From a virus (Duplodnaviria; Caudoviricetes), in IMG/VR virus record IMGVR_UViG_3300028048_000047, positions 1 through 64,000 of that record: a stretch of DNA of 64,000 bases; one strand, written 5' to 3'. The position numbers and the translations under genes were made by a program. A model generated the notes under the pieces. The model ran no database searches. It was not told the origin of the DNA and worked only from the letters and a program-made list of their open reading frames with translations. Within the stretch, counting starts at the first letter, position 1; every line of letters starts with the position of its first letter. Below are positions 48,425 to 59,142 of this stretch, piece after piece.

Positions 48425-48554
48425 GTTTTTTATAAAAGAAAAACTGTGTTGTTGAATGAAAAGAGGATAAATTAATAATCTTTTTTTTATCCTTTACTTT
48501 TTTTTATATTTTTTTTTTCATAAGTATTAAATAATATATGGAGGTGTATAATAT

Positions 48555-48983
48555 TTGACTTCAATAGGTAATTTATTTGAACATTTTATGAATCTTGTTA
48601 ATTTGAAATTTTTTACAAAAGCAGAATGTGATGAAAGATATATTAAAAAAGAAGGAATTAATGTTGTTTTAAGTGAAGATGGTTTGTTACATTTTATTTT
48701 TGGTGATGTTGAATTTGTATTGACAGTAGGAAGAACAGTTTATAAAATAGGGGAGGCAGTTTTGTTTTCCGTGATTTTTTATGATGATGAAGATGAACCT
48801 TTAAAGAATGTTAATCTAATTTTTAGAGATGTGGATAATGATGAGGTTATTGGTTCTGGTGTAACTAATGGCAGTGGTATTGCTATTTTTGAGTATCAAG
48901 TTAATGAAAGTGGGTCTTTAAAGGTTAGATGTGAAAATGGAAGTTTAGTTTCTAATACAGTTAGTTTAACTTTTGAGGAATAA
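48555..48983 (+). CDS. small Ig-like domain adhesin
   Basis: PLKNV.L.F...IGSGVTN.SG.A; GGAGGT RBS, TTG start. Confidence 0.6.
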   Translation: MTSIGNLFEHFMNLVNLKFFTKAECDERYIKKEGINVVLSEDGLLHFIFGDVEFVLTVGRTVYKIGEAVLFSVIFYDDEDEPLKNVNLIFRDVDNDEVIGSGVTNGSGIAIFEYQVNESGSLKVRCENGSLVSNTVSLTFEE

Positions 48984-49015
48984 TTAATATAATATGTTGG
49001 TGGAGTGTTGAGATT

Positions 49016-50026
49016 ATGAGTAGTATTAGTCTTGATGAGTATATTAGGGCGAGGGCTTATTATAAGAATGAAACTTATACTCAAATGGAAGTGATGAATG
49101 CTATTAGTAGTTATCCTTTGGTTAAAATTGTTAGAGAGTTACCTACGGATGATATTATTGATAATCAATTGTATTTAGTGGTTAATGATGCGAATTTACC
49201 TAATGAGAAGATGAATAAGTATGATTTGTTTATTCATTTGGAAGATGGTTGGGAACAAGTTGATAGTTTAGAGTTTAATATTGAGGATTATCCCACTAAA
49301 ACTGAATTAGATTATGAGTTGGGTTTGAAAGCAGATATTAATCATGGACATGATAATGTTGATGTGAGTAGGCAATCTGATGGTTTTATAAGTTGGGAAC
49401 AACAAAAAAAATTAAATACTGTTGAAGAGGGGGCTAATAAAACAATTATAGACTCAACACCAACACAGAATAGTAATAATGCTGTTACAAGTGGTAGTGT
49501 GTATCAAAAATTATCTGAGAAAGCACCGAATAATCATAGGAGTAAAAATAATACTTATGGTGTATCCGATTATGAATATTATGGACATAGTAAATCAGGG
49601 ATAACTGTACCCCCAATGAATACAGCTACTGGTAGTGTGGGTACGGATAATGGATTATATGCACGAGCAGACCATACTCACCCAACTGATACATCACGAG
49701 CAAGTAATAGTTCTGCAACAAGAGCGAGTGCAGGTTTAATGAGTGCATCGGATAAAATTAAATTAGATGATATAATTATTGATGATAATTTAACTAATAA
49801 TAATCATTTAACAAAGAATAGTGGAGTTAAAAGTTATGTTGATAATGCGTTAGAAGAGTATCATCCAGTAACTGTGGATAGTAGTGTTACAAGTGGTTCT
49901 GATAATCCTGTTTCAAGTAAAGGGATTAAAAATTATGTGGATAATGCTGTTGGTAGTATTCATATTGATGGTGATGATTTAATCGAAAAATTAAATACTT
50001 TAATAACAAATATGAGGAGTTTATAA
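49016..50026 (+). CDS. modular fibre protein
   Basis: LPT...LYLV module, ARADHTHPTDTSRA, GLMSASDK. Confidence 0.7.
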   Translation: MSSISLDEYIRARAYYKNETYTQMEVMNAISSYPLVKIVRELPTDDIIDNQLYLVVNDANLPNEKMNKYDLFIHLEDGWEQVDSLEFNIEDYPTKTELDYELGLKADINHGHDNVDVSRQSDGFISWEQQKKLNTVEEGANKTIIDSTPTQNSNNAVTSGSVYQKLSEKAPNNHRSKNNTYGVSDYEYYGHSKSGITVPPMNTATGSVGTDNGLYARADHTHPTDTSRASNSSATRASAGLMSASDKIKLDDIIIDDNLTNNNHLTKNSGVKSYVDNALEEYHPVTVDSSVTSGSDNPVSSKGIKNYVDNAVGSIHIDGDDLIEKLNTLITNMRSL

Positions 50027-50029
50027 ATA

Positions 50030-53000
50030 ATGTCAAATTCAATAAATCTTAAAGAGTTCATAGAACGAATAAGTTATAATAAAAGTCAAACATATACCAA
50101 AGAAGAAGTTTTACAAGAATTAGCGAAAATTCAATTGTTAAGTATTGTAGATACATTACCAACTGAAAATATTCCGTCAAATAAAATATTTTTAGTATTG
50201 AATAATGAAGAAATTGAGGGAAATAAATATGATTTATTTGTTTATGTGAATAATAAATGGGAACAAATTGATAGTCTTGAATTTAATATTGAGGATTATC
50301 CTACTAAAAATGAATTGGAGTATGAATTATCTTTAAAAGCAGATATTAATCATGGACATGATAATGTTACTACTTCATTAGATGGATTTATGAGTAAGGA
50401 AGATAAATCTAAGTTGAATGGTATTGAGAATCAAGCAACAAGGAATCTTCCAAGTGATGATAATCCATTAATGGATGGTACTGCAAGTTCAGGTACTGGT
50501 AAAGATTATAGTAGAAAAGACCATGTCCACCCAACAGATACATCAAGAGCAAGTAGTACTCATGTTCATGGTAATATTACTAATGATGGTAAAATAGGTT
50601 CAACTGCAAATAAACCATTAATAACCACAACAAGTGGTAGTGTAACAACTGGGAATTTTGAAACAAGCACAAATAATATTAAAATGGACGGTACAGTTAA
50701 TGTAGGTTCAAGTAATAATTTCGCAAGAAGCGACCATGTTCACCCAACAGATACCAGTAGAGCATCAACAGATACTGCAACAAGTAGTAAAAATGGTTTA
50801 ATGAGCAAAGAAGATAAAAGTAAATTAGATGGTGTTGAAGATGAAGCGAATAATTACATTCACCCATCATATACTGCGAAAACTAATGGTTTATATAAAG
50901 TAACTGTTGATAATACTGGACATATTAGTGGAACAAATACTGTATCTGGCTCTGATTTACCATCACACAATCATGATACAGGTGATATGAAAGATACAAG
51001 TGCTTATGGGAATATAGGTTCATCTGCTAATGCAACACAGAAAACAATTAATAATAATATAAATACTAAATTAGGTCAAAAAGCAAATAGTAGTGATGTG
51101 TATACTAAATCACAAACAATGACCAGTACAGAAATTGGTCAAGCAATTGCAGATGGAGTGTCAAATGTTGAAATATTTGAAGTAGTTACCACATTACCCA
51201 CAAGTAATATTAAAGGTAATAAATTTTATCTTGTACCGAATGGGGAAAATATAGATGGTAATGTATATGATGTTAATATATATGTGAACAATAAATGGGA
51301 AACTATTGATAAATTAGAATTCGATATAAGTAATTATCCAACAACAACACAAGTCAATAGTTTACTTGAAGGCAAAGTTGATAAAACAGATAGTAGATTA
51401 ACAGACTCCCGTACACCAAAAAGTCATACTCATGGAAACATAACAAATACTGGTGCAATAGGAAGTACAAGTGGAAAAATAGTAACCACAGGAACAAATG
51501 GAGTATTAACAACAAGTGATACAATAACCAAATCACAAATAAGTGACTTCCCATCAACCATGACACCATCAAGTCATACTCATGGAGCAGTTCAAAACAA
51601 AGGTACTTTAAATAGTGATACAACCAGTACAAATAAAGTAGTGGTAACAGACAGTAGTAATAATATAAAAACAATAAGTAAACTACCATTAGACAAAGTA
51701 ACCCATCAAGACATAAGTGGAAAAGCAAGTAACACACACACTCATGGAAGTATAGCAAATAATGGAACATTAAATAGTGATACAACCACAGTAGGAAAAG
51801 TAGTAGTAACCGATGGTTCAAATAATATTAAAACCATTAGCAAATTACCAAGTGCAAATGTAACACACCAAGACATATCAGGTAAAGCACCAAATAACCA
51901 TAAATCAACAGCAACAACTTATGGTGTAGGAGATGCAAGTAATTATGGGCATGTAAAAGTTGATAGTAGTATGAATGCTACCTCAACCAATCCAGTACAA
52001 AATAAAGTAGTGAAAGATTATATTGATGAACAAGTAGGAGATATAGTAAGTGGAGATGTAGATTTATCAAATACACACAACCATGATGATAGATATGTGG
52101 GTAAAACAGATTCTCGTTTAACAGATGCAAGAACACCAAAATTTAATAATATTCCATCTACAAGTACTTCTCCTGCTGATTTAAATACTTATCGTACTGG
52201 TGGATTTTATTATTGTTGTTGTGATGCTAACAATGCAAAATATGCTTTAAATTGCCCAAAATCAGGTAATGATAATAAATCTTTCTTCTTATTGGTTGAA
52301 ACATGGGGGCAAGGAGATAATAATAGTTATGTAAAACAAACACTTACTTATTATGATACTAATGAAACATATATTCGTATTTGTTCAGGAAATAATTGGA
52401 ATAAATGGAAATTAGTTGGTGACACAACAGAGTATATTGTTGGTACTCAAACTGCAAGTACAAGTGCTTGGACTGGAAAATCAAATAAAATACATAGTTT
52501 AAGTGATGGACAAATAATTTATTATAAATTACCTTATGCTTCCACTTCAACTGCGGTTACATTAAACTTAACATTAGCCGATGGAACAACAACTGGTGCA
52601 AAAGAAGTATGGTTTTGGAATGGTCAAAGATTAACTACTCATTATGGGGTTAATAGTGTTGTAGGTTTAATTTATAATGGTAGTCAATGGTGGGTAATTA
52701 ATCCATCAAGTAATGGTAATAATAATAATTATTATCTTTTACAAGGAGTTACTATTACTAATGGGGATACTACTGATTTTACTGGTGGGAATATTGTTGG
52801 TGCTAAAAAAGATGGTAAGTATTATAAATTAGTGAATGGTCTTGTATTAGATGTTAGTTATCCATTGGTTGAAGCGAATGGTACTATAAATGCAAATACA
52901 ACTTCTAATAATATCCAATTAGTTAATCCGTTTTTATCAATAGCAAATATAGGTATGACTACTGGTACAATTACAGTTAATTATCCATTATATTTAGAGG

Positions 53001-55486
53001 GAACATATAATAGGGGACAATTTACTCTTGAAAAAATAATATGTGATAATAGTACACATTCAACTTTAACTAATGGGAAATATTATATTCGTATTGGTAC
53101 AGTTTATGATTCAACTCATTTCCGTTTTGTTTCTGATATGAGTGTTTATCGTTGGGATAGTACCGCAGGGAACATGGTACCAGTAGGTTCAAGTTATACA
53201 GATTTAGCAAATAAACCATCTACTTTCACACCGTCTGCTCATAACCAAGCAAGTAGTACTATTACAGAAGCAAGTGCATTAGGTAATCTTGGTACAAGTG
53301 CTAATGCCACACAAGCAACAATCAATAGTAAAATAAATGAGAAAATTGGTACTTTATCAAGTATTAAAGCAATTGAAGTTGTAGCAAGTAAACCGACTGC
53401 AAGTGCAAGTACAATGAATAAGTTATACATTGTATCTGAAAATAGTAAAGTTAATGTATATTATACGAAACAGAGTGGTAGTACATATACATTAGAAAAG
53501 ATGGATGAAGATATACTTGATGAATTAAGCATCGCTTGGAATGATATTACTGGTAAACCTTCAAGTTTTACTCCTGCAAGTCATAGTCATGGTTCTTTGG
53601 CGAATGGGGGTACTTTAAATTCGGATATTACAAGTGTTAATAAAGTAGCAGTAACTGATTCAAGTAATAATCTGAAAACAATTAGTCAATTACCTTATAG
53701 TAAGATTAGTGGAACACCAACGATTCCTACTAAAACAAGTCAATTAACTAATGATAGTAATTTCACAACTGCAACTGGACATACTCATAAAAATCTTGTA
53801 AAAACAGAAATTACAAGTGGTAGTCTTGATACGGTTACAACAACTGGATGGTACTCATATAATACTACCAATAGTAATAGTATTACTAATGTTCCCGAAA
53901 AAGTTGGGAGTGTAATGGAAGTATTAGACGATTACGGAAATGGGTCATATGTAATCCAAAAAGTATATCCTATTCGTACAGATAAAAACCAAATAATATA
54001 TTACCGTGTAAAATTTGATACAAGTGGATGGTCATCTTGGAGAAGAATAGATGGTGGAGATAAAGCAAATAGTACACATAATCACCCTGATACTCAATTA
54101 AATTGGAATGGTTCTGCAATTGCAGGGGGAGTTTCACCAGTTGATATGGCAATGTATGAAGAGTTTAGTGCTAATAGACTTGCTTTTTTACCAGGAAATA
54201 ATATTACCATAGAATACTCTACAAATGGTGGTTCTACTTGGGCAGATTATGGTGCTACTGCAACACAAAAAATGAAACTCATTACAACAGAAGAAATATT
54301 TACTGGTGGTAAAGGGTCAACAACAGATTATTCAAAAAATCGATTAAGAATTACTATTAATGCAGGGGATATAACTTCCACAGTCGGTGCAAAAGTATAT
54401 TTAACCACAAGAAAATTAATGATATACTTCTGTGAATGTAATGCTTCAAATACAAAAGTATTAATTGAAAAAGCACCATATACTGCCGACACTACTTTTT
54501 CTACTGTGGGTACATATGATGTTAAAGGATGGACTGGTTGGAATAGTATACCTTTGAATATTACATTTGGGGGATATGCAAATCAAGGAAATGCAAATCA
54601 AGTTAAAAAACTTCGTTTAACTTTCACTTGTACTGGTGGTACTGGTAATTTTAGAGTTAACAAATTAAGATTATTTGGTGAAACACAATGGGCAGTACAA
54701 TCTAATCTTGCAAGAAATGGTCATTTATATAGTTATGATGAAAATCAGATAGCAACATTTCCTTCAAATATTGTGGCATCTAAATTTATTAAGAATGGTG
54801 TTAATAATACTAATCTTTTAACTGCGAATGGTGGTGATGTAGCACAATCAACATTTGCTACAAGTGGGCATACTCATAGTAATTATTTGACAAGTCATAA
54901 TCCAGTTGATACTGCTTTAAGCAGTACTTCTACTAATGCAGTACAGAATAAAGTGATTAATACTGCTTTGGGTAATAAAGTGGATAAAGTTAGTGGTAAA
55001 GGTTTATCAACAAATGATTTTACTGCAACATATAAAACTGCTTTGGATAATTTGAATACTACTATTGCTAATGCAGTAAGTAATCTTGAAATGATTGAAG
55101 TAGTTACAAGTTTACCTACAAGTAATATTAAAACTAATAAATTATATTTAAAAGCCAATAGTGTTAATGGTTCAGAAAATAAATATGATTTTTATGTTCG
55201 TGTGAATAATGCTTGGGAGAAGATTGATAGTCTTGATTTTAGCATAAGTGATTATATTAAAAAAGACAGTAATACTAATCTTTTATTATCTAATGGTACT
55301 ACAAAAGCACAATCAAGTTTCGCTACAAGTGGGCATACTCATGGTAGTATTGCTAATAATGGTACTCTTAATAGTGATGTTACAAGTACTAATATGAATA
55401 AATTAGTTGTTACTGATGGTTCAAACAATATCAAAACTGCAATTTGTACTTATACTAATGGTAAATTGAATTTTGGTAGTGGATGA
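50030..55486 (+). CDS. long tail fibre/adhesin (1818 aa) with two pyocin-knob-like domains
   Basis: HxH repeats, HQDISGK, DLNTYRTGGFY...WNKW and LDTVTTTGWY...WSSW. Confidence 0.8.
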   Translation: MSNSINLKEFIERISYNKSQTYTKEEVLQELAKIQLLSIVDTLPTENIPSNKIFLVLNNEEIEGNKYDLFVYVNNKWEQIDSLEFNIEDYPTKNELEYELSLKADINHGHDNVTTSLDGFMSKEDKSKLNGIENQATRNLPSDDNPLMDGTASSGTGKDYSRKDHVHPTDTSRASSTHVHGNITNDGKIGSTANKPLITTTSGSVTTGNFETSTNNIKMDGTVNVGSSNNFARSDHVHPTDTSRASTDTATSSKNGLMSKEDKSKLDGVEDEANNYIHPSYTAKTNGLYKVTVDNTGHISGTNTVSGSDLPSHNHDTGDMKDTSAYGNIGSSANATQKTINNNINTKLGQKANSSDVYTKSQTMTSTEIGQAIADGVSNVEIFEVVTTLPTSNIKGNKFYLVPNGENIDGNVYDVNIYVNNKWETIDKLEFDISNYPTTTQVNSLLEGKVDKTDSRLTDSRTPKSHTHGNITNTGAIGSTSGKIVTTGTNGVLTTSDTITKSQISDFPSTMTPSSHTHGAVQNKGTLNSDTTSTNKVVVTDSSNNIKTISKLPLDKVTHQDISGKASNTHTHGSIANNGTLNSDTTTVGKVVVTDGSNNIKTISKLPSANVTHQDISGKAPNNHKSTATTYGVGDASNYGHVKVDSSMNATSTNPVQNKVVKDYIDEQVGDIVSGDVDLSNTHNHDDRYVGKTDSRLTDARTPKFNNIPSTSTSPADLNTYRTGGFYYCCCDANNAKYALNCPKSGNDNKSFFLLVETWGQGDNNSYVKQTLTYYDTNETYIRICSGNNWNKWKLVGDTTEYIVGTQTASTSAWTGKSNKIHSLSDGQIIYYKLPYASTSTAVTLNLTLADGTTTGAKEVWFWNGQRLTTHYGVNSVVGLIYNGSQWWVINPSSNGNNNNYYLLQGVTITNGDTTDFTGGNIVGAKKDGKYYKLVNGLVLDVSYPLVEANGTINANTTSNNIQLVNPFLSIANIGMTTGTITVNYPLYLEGTYNRGQFTLEKIICDNSTHSTLTNGKYYIRIGTVYDSTHFRFVSDMSVYRWDSTAGNMVPVGSSYTDLANKPSTFTPSAHNQASSTITEASALGNLGTSANATQATINSKINEKIGTLSSIKAIEVVASKPTASASTMNKLYIVSENSKVNVYYTKQSGSTYTLEKMDEDILDELSIAWNDITGKPSSFTPASHSHGSLANGGTLNSDITSVNKVAVTDSSNNLKTISQLPYSKISGTPTIPTKTSQLTNDSNFTTATGHTHKNLVKTEITSGSLDTVTTTGWYSYNTTNSNSITNVPEKVGSVMEVLDDYGNGSYVIQKVYPIRTDKNQIIYYRVKFDTSGWSSWRRIDGGDKANSTHNHPDTQLNWNGSAIAGGVSPVDMAMYEEFSANRLAFLPGNNITIEYSTNGGSTWADYGATATQKMKLITTEEIFTGGKGSTTDYSKNRLRITINAGDITSTVGAKVYLTTRKLMIYFCECNASNTKVLIEKAPYTADTTFSTVGTYDVKGWTGWNSIPLNITFGGYANQGNANQVKKLRLTFTCTGGTGNFRVNKLRLFGETQWAVQSNLARNGHLYSYDENQIATFPSNIVASKFIKNGVNNTNLLTANGGDVAQSTFATSGHTHSNYLTSHNPVDTALSSTSTNAVQNKVINTALGNKVDKVSGKGLSTNDFTATYKTALDNLNTTIANAVSNLEMIEVVTSLPTSNIKTNKLYLKANSVNGSENKYDFYVRVNNAWEKIDSLDFSISDYIKKDSNTNLLLSNGTTKAQSSFATSGHTHGSIANNGTLNSDVTSTNMNKLVVTDGSNNIKTAICTYTNGKLNFGSG

Positions 55487-55490
55487 TTAG

Positions 55491-55673
55491 ATGGAAATAG
55501 ATAATCGAACAATATTAATAATAGGTTTAATTATTATTGCTATTATTGGGATGATATTGGATGTTAAGGAATTACCTTTGGCAGTTAGTAGTGGATTGGT
55601 TGGATATTTATCTAAGGATAGTAATGTGGAAATTAACAATCATAATACTAATAATAGTGATAATGATGATTAA
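55491..55673 (+). CDS. small membrane protein (holin-like)
   Basis: two hydrophobic segments, GLVGYL. Confidence 0.55.
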   Translation: MEIDNRTILIIGLIIIAIIGMILDVKELPLAVSSGLVGYLSKDSNVEINNHNTNNSDNDD

Positions 55674-55689
55674 ATTATTTTTTTATTCC

Positions 55690-55714
55690 TTTTTTGGTAA
55701 GAGTGTATAATGAA
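55690..55714 (+). promoter_or_regulatory. second copy of 25-bp motif
   Basis: identical to 12767-12791. Confidence 0.55.
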
Positions 55715-55773
55715 AAAAAGGATTTTTTTTGATGATGGTTGTGATAGTTTAATTTTGTGGTGGTTGTTTAGGT

Positions 55774-57195
55774 ATGGTTAGTTTAAGTGATTTGTTGGAG
55801 AATTTAAAGGGTTTGTTGGATAAGTTTTATATTCGTAAGAATTTGAATCATAAGAGTAGTGATAGTGAGAAGTATCCTGTTAATGGGGTTGTAGTTACGA
55901 ATAGTAATCGTGAGATTAGTGTTGTCCAGTCTTTATCTGCGAATAGTACTATGATTAGTGGTTTGTCGAGTGTTGCTACGAGTGGTAGTTATAATAGTTT
56001 GTCTGATAAACCAACAAAGTTGAGTGATTTTAGTAGTGTTGGTTTTACAATGAGTTATTCTGATATTACTGGTAAACCATCTAAATTATCTGAGTTTACT
56101 AATGATATTACTATTAATTGGGATAAGGTTAATAATAAACCTACTAAATTATCTGAGTTTACTAATGATATTACTATTAGTTGGGATAAGGTTAATAATC
56201 GTCCTACTAAATTAACTGATTTTAGTAGTAATGGTTTTACTATGAATTATACGAGTATTAATAATCGTCCTACTAAATTAACTGATTTTAGTAGTAATGG
56301 TTTTACTATGGGTGGTATTAATAGTGATGGTACAATTAATTCTGATAGTAATTCTGTGAATAAAGTGGTTGTTACTGATGGGTCTAATAATATTAAAACT
56401 ATAAGTAAATTACCTTTGGATAATGTGACTCATCAAGATATATCTGGTAAAGAGGATAAATCGAATAAAGTATTAATTATAACTGAAAATTCTTCTGATG
56501 ATGAGTATCCGAGTGCAAAAGCAGTTTATTATGGTTCAAGGAATGAATTATGTTATTATAATGGAGTATGTGAGTATACTGGTGGTTTTAATAATAAAAA
56601 AATAGGAGTATATCCTATTTTAGAAAAGTACCCATATTTACCTTCTGATTGTAATTATACATTTAGTTATGATGGTAGTGTGTATGTTTTGAATTTGTTA
56701 TCAAATACTGATGAATTAGGTGTGAAGTATTACTTACCGATTGTTGTACCTTTTAATTCAAAATTTATTAAAGTTAGTGTGGATGTTAAAACAATTCATT
56801 TTGGTAATGATGATTTCGGTATAAGATTACATGATTCTGCGAGTGGTAATGATTTACATACTATGGGGTCTTGGATTATTACTGGTCAGAACAGATTGGC
56901 TCATGGTTATGGGGGTGTTGAATCCCATAAGGTAATGTATTCTGATACAGGAATTATGAGTAGTAATGCACCATCTAATAATATGTGGTTACATTATGAA
57001 TTAACAATAACAAGTAATAAAATGAAAGTTTTACTTAAAAGTGATGATAAAATTTATACAAATAATGAATATACAAGGACTGATGGTTATAATTTAAGTG
57101 GAAATTGGATTTTATATATAGGTGGAGGTAAATTTACAGCAGGTGAAAATAATAAAACAGTTTATATAAAAAATTTACAGATAAACCCATTATAA
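55774..57195 (+). CDS. fibre/adhesin with tandem 21-22-aa repeats and C-terminal beta-sandwich
   Basis: (K/R)PTKL(S/T)(D/E)F repeats with 63-66 bp period, HQDISGK, YPSAKAV. Confidence 0.7.
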   Translation: MVSLSDLLENLKGLLDKFYIRKNLNHKSSDSEKYPVNGVVVTNSNREISVVQSLSANSTMISGLSSVATSGSYNSLSDKPTKLSDFSSVGFTMSYSDITGKPSKLSEFTNDITINWDKVNNKPTKLSEFTNDITISWDKVNNRPTKLTDFSSNGFTMNYTSINNRPTKLTDFSSNGFTMGGINSDGTINSDSNSVNKVVVTDGSNNIKTISKLPLDNVTHQDISGKEDKSNKVLIITENSSDDEYPSAKAVYYGSRNELCYYNGVCEYTGGFNNKKIGVYPILEKYPYLPSDCNYTFSYDGSVYVLNLLSNTDELGVKYYLPIVVPFNSKFIKVSVDVKTIHFGNDDFGIRLHDSASGNDLHTMGSWIITGQNRLAHGYGGVESHKVMYSDTGIMSSNAPSNNMWLHYELTITSNKMKVLLKSDDKIYTNNEYTRTDGYNLSGNWILYIGGGKFTAGENNKTVYIKNLQINPL

Positions 57196-57227
57196 AAAAA
57201 GAAAGATTTTTGGGAGTGATTAATGTT

Positions 57228-57515
57228 ATGGTTAATGTTATAGAATTATTAGTTAATTTAAAAGAGTTTGCATTACAATATCTTATACTTACAACAGAAG
57301 ATAAACTTTTATTTAAAGACCTTTTGAAATATGTGTACTATACGAATGGTGTGGTGGGTTTAGATTATAAGAATGTACATACATATCAAACAAATTACAC
57401 ACAAGGAAAGGTTGGTGTAGATAATGATAAACATATATTTTATATTAATGGAGGATTAATTGCAGATGATGATACTGGTGTGAGTATAACTGGAAGTAAA
57501 TTAACAATACCTTAA
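57228..57515 (+). CDS. small fibre-associated protein
   Basis: GGGAGTGA RBS; N-terminal L..NLK.. motif. Confidence 0.55.
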   Translation: MVNVIELLVNLKEFALQYLILTTEDKLLFKDLLKYVYYTNGVVGLDYKNVHTYQTNYTQGKVGVDNDKHIFYINGGLIADDDTGVSITGSKLTIP

Positions 57516-57561
57516 ATAAAAAAATTTAAAAATAAAATATGATTTGGAGAGGTTATTCTAA

Positions 57562-57720
57562 ATGGAAAATATGAACTTAAAAACATTAATACATAACTGG
57601 TTTGATTATAAAAGTGAAGATGAAGTTAATCGTCCAAAAAAAATAGAAATGTGGGTTAAGACCTATAAGAATGGGGAATGGAAAGTAACTGGAATTAAAA
57701 AAAAGGAAGATTGTAAATGA
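57562..57720 (+). CDS. 52-aa protein (not in ORF track)
   Basis: GGAGAGG RBS; NLKTLIHNWFDYKSE resembles HLKTLNKQWFYEKSE of 47432; ATGA overlap. Confidence 0.6.
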   Translation: MENMNLKTLIHNWFDYKSEDEVNRPKKIEMWVKTYKNGEWKVTGIKKKEDCK

Positions 57721-58427
57721 CTTTATTTATAAATATAATTGAAAAATTAAAACCATATTTCACTTTAAGAAGTGAAAAAGAAGATGTGTGGAGTGGTTAT
57801 TTATGTGAAGATACAAAGTATGTTAATGGAGGGGTTTATTTTCATTCAGAAACACCAACTTATCATAAACAAAAATATGATAGTGATGTATGGAATGGTG
57901 GTGGAGATTCCGAAGTAACTTGCACATTATTAGTGGATGGGGATAATGTTGTTAATAATCAAATGAAAATAATGGAAGTATTATTAGATAATCAACAGAT
58001 TAATGTAAGATATAGTATAATAGAAAATGGTGTGACCTTAACATTTAATGATGATGTTGATGGTTTAATACAAGTAAGTATACCCTCATTAAATGAAAGA
58101 CAGCATCATTATCAAGGATTAATTTTTAAAAGAAGAGTTAAAAAACAATCTTTACAGTTATCAGGACAGTTTAATCGTACTGAAACAAGTTTATCATTTC
58201 ATTTGGAATTAACTAATCCTTGTAATGGACAAATGGTAAGATGTACTACATTATATCGTAATGGTACAACTAATAAGAAAAAAGATGTGATTTTGAGTAA
58301 TGGTCAAACAAATGTTGATATTACAATGGATAAAGGAACACAAGATGTGGGATTAAGAATAGAATTAAGACCAATTTTAAAAGATGAAATAATGTATATG
58401 GGCAAATCTATATCATTATATTGGTAA
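57717..58427 (+). CDS. beta-rich adhesin-like protein
   Basis: position in fibre cassette. Confidence 0.55.
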   Translation: MTLFINIIEKLKPYFTLRSEKEDVWSGYLCEDTKYVNGGVYFHSETPTYHKQKYDSDVWNGGGDSEVTCTLLVDGDNVVNNQMKIMEVLLDNQQINVRYSIIENGVTLTFNDDVDGLIQVSIPSLNERQHHYQGLIFKRRVKKQSLQLSGQFNRTETSLSFHLELTNPCNGQMVRCTTLYRNGTTNKKKDVILSNGQTNVDITMDKGTQDVGLRIELRPILKDEIMYMGKSISLYW

Positions 58428-58438
58428 AAAAAGAATAA

Positions 58439-59089
58439 ATGAGGATAAAAAATATGATAATAAGTGATTTATATCAAACAAATATAACTTGCAGTACTTA
58501 TAATACTACAATTGATAGTGGTAATGGAAGTACAACAATAACAGTAACAGTTAAATTAGAAGATTTTAATAAAAATGCAGTATCAGGTAAATCAGTAACT
58601 TTAACTGTGGATAAAGGATATTTTAAAAGTGTAACTGGAACAAGCACTACTAATTACAGTAACACAACTACAAAAAGTGTATCTGCAACAACTAAAAGTG
58701 ATGGAACAATAACCACAGTATATGTACCATCAGAATGGGGTTTAGCAACTTTTTCTGCTAATAATACAAAAATTCAAATTAAAAGTTCAGGATGGAAATC
58801 AGTAGCAACTGGTGCAAATTATGCTACACTTTATGTTAATGAAGAAATGAGATTATGTTATCTTAAAATATACTACGAGAATTATACAGTAAAATCAAGT
58901 CATGGATATAATCAATGGGGTACAAAAATAATTCCTGATGCATATAGTGCTCAGGGAATTGAAGGAATATGTGCTTATAGTACATCTATTGTTGTAGAAT
59001 CTTCTGGACATATTGGGATTAGAGATTGGGGAATTGCGGGAAATAATTTTTCTACTAATCTTAATGCTGTTTTTGTATGGAAATATTAA
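58439..59089 (+). CDS. Ig-like (Big) domain plus receptor-binding-like C-domain
   Basis: ITVTVKL.D...AVSGKSVTL; C-terminus parallels 44930 (LRL/MRL.., VLWHY/FVWKY). Confidence 0.6.
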   Translation: MRIKNMIISDLYQTNITCSTYNTTIDSGNGSTTITVTVKLEDFNKNAVSGKSVTLTVDKGYFKSVTGTSTTNYSNTTTKSVSATTKSDGTITTVYVPSEWGLATFSANNTKIQIKSSGWKSVATGANYATLYVNEEMRLCYLKIYYENYTVKSSHGYNQWGTKIIPDAYSAQGIEGICAYSTSIVVESSGHIGIRDWGIAGNNFSTNLNAVFVWKY

Positions 59090-59142
59090 AATAAAAAAAA
59101 TTTTTTATTAAATAAACTTATGTTAAAAGGAGATGATTAAAT

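Noticed and set aside
44930-59089. Diversity-generating retroelement or shufflon acting on fibre tips
   Set aside because: No reverse transcriptase, no adenine-specific TR/VR pair noticed, no active invertase or inverted cassettes.
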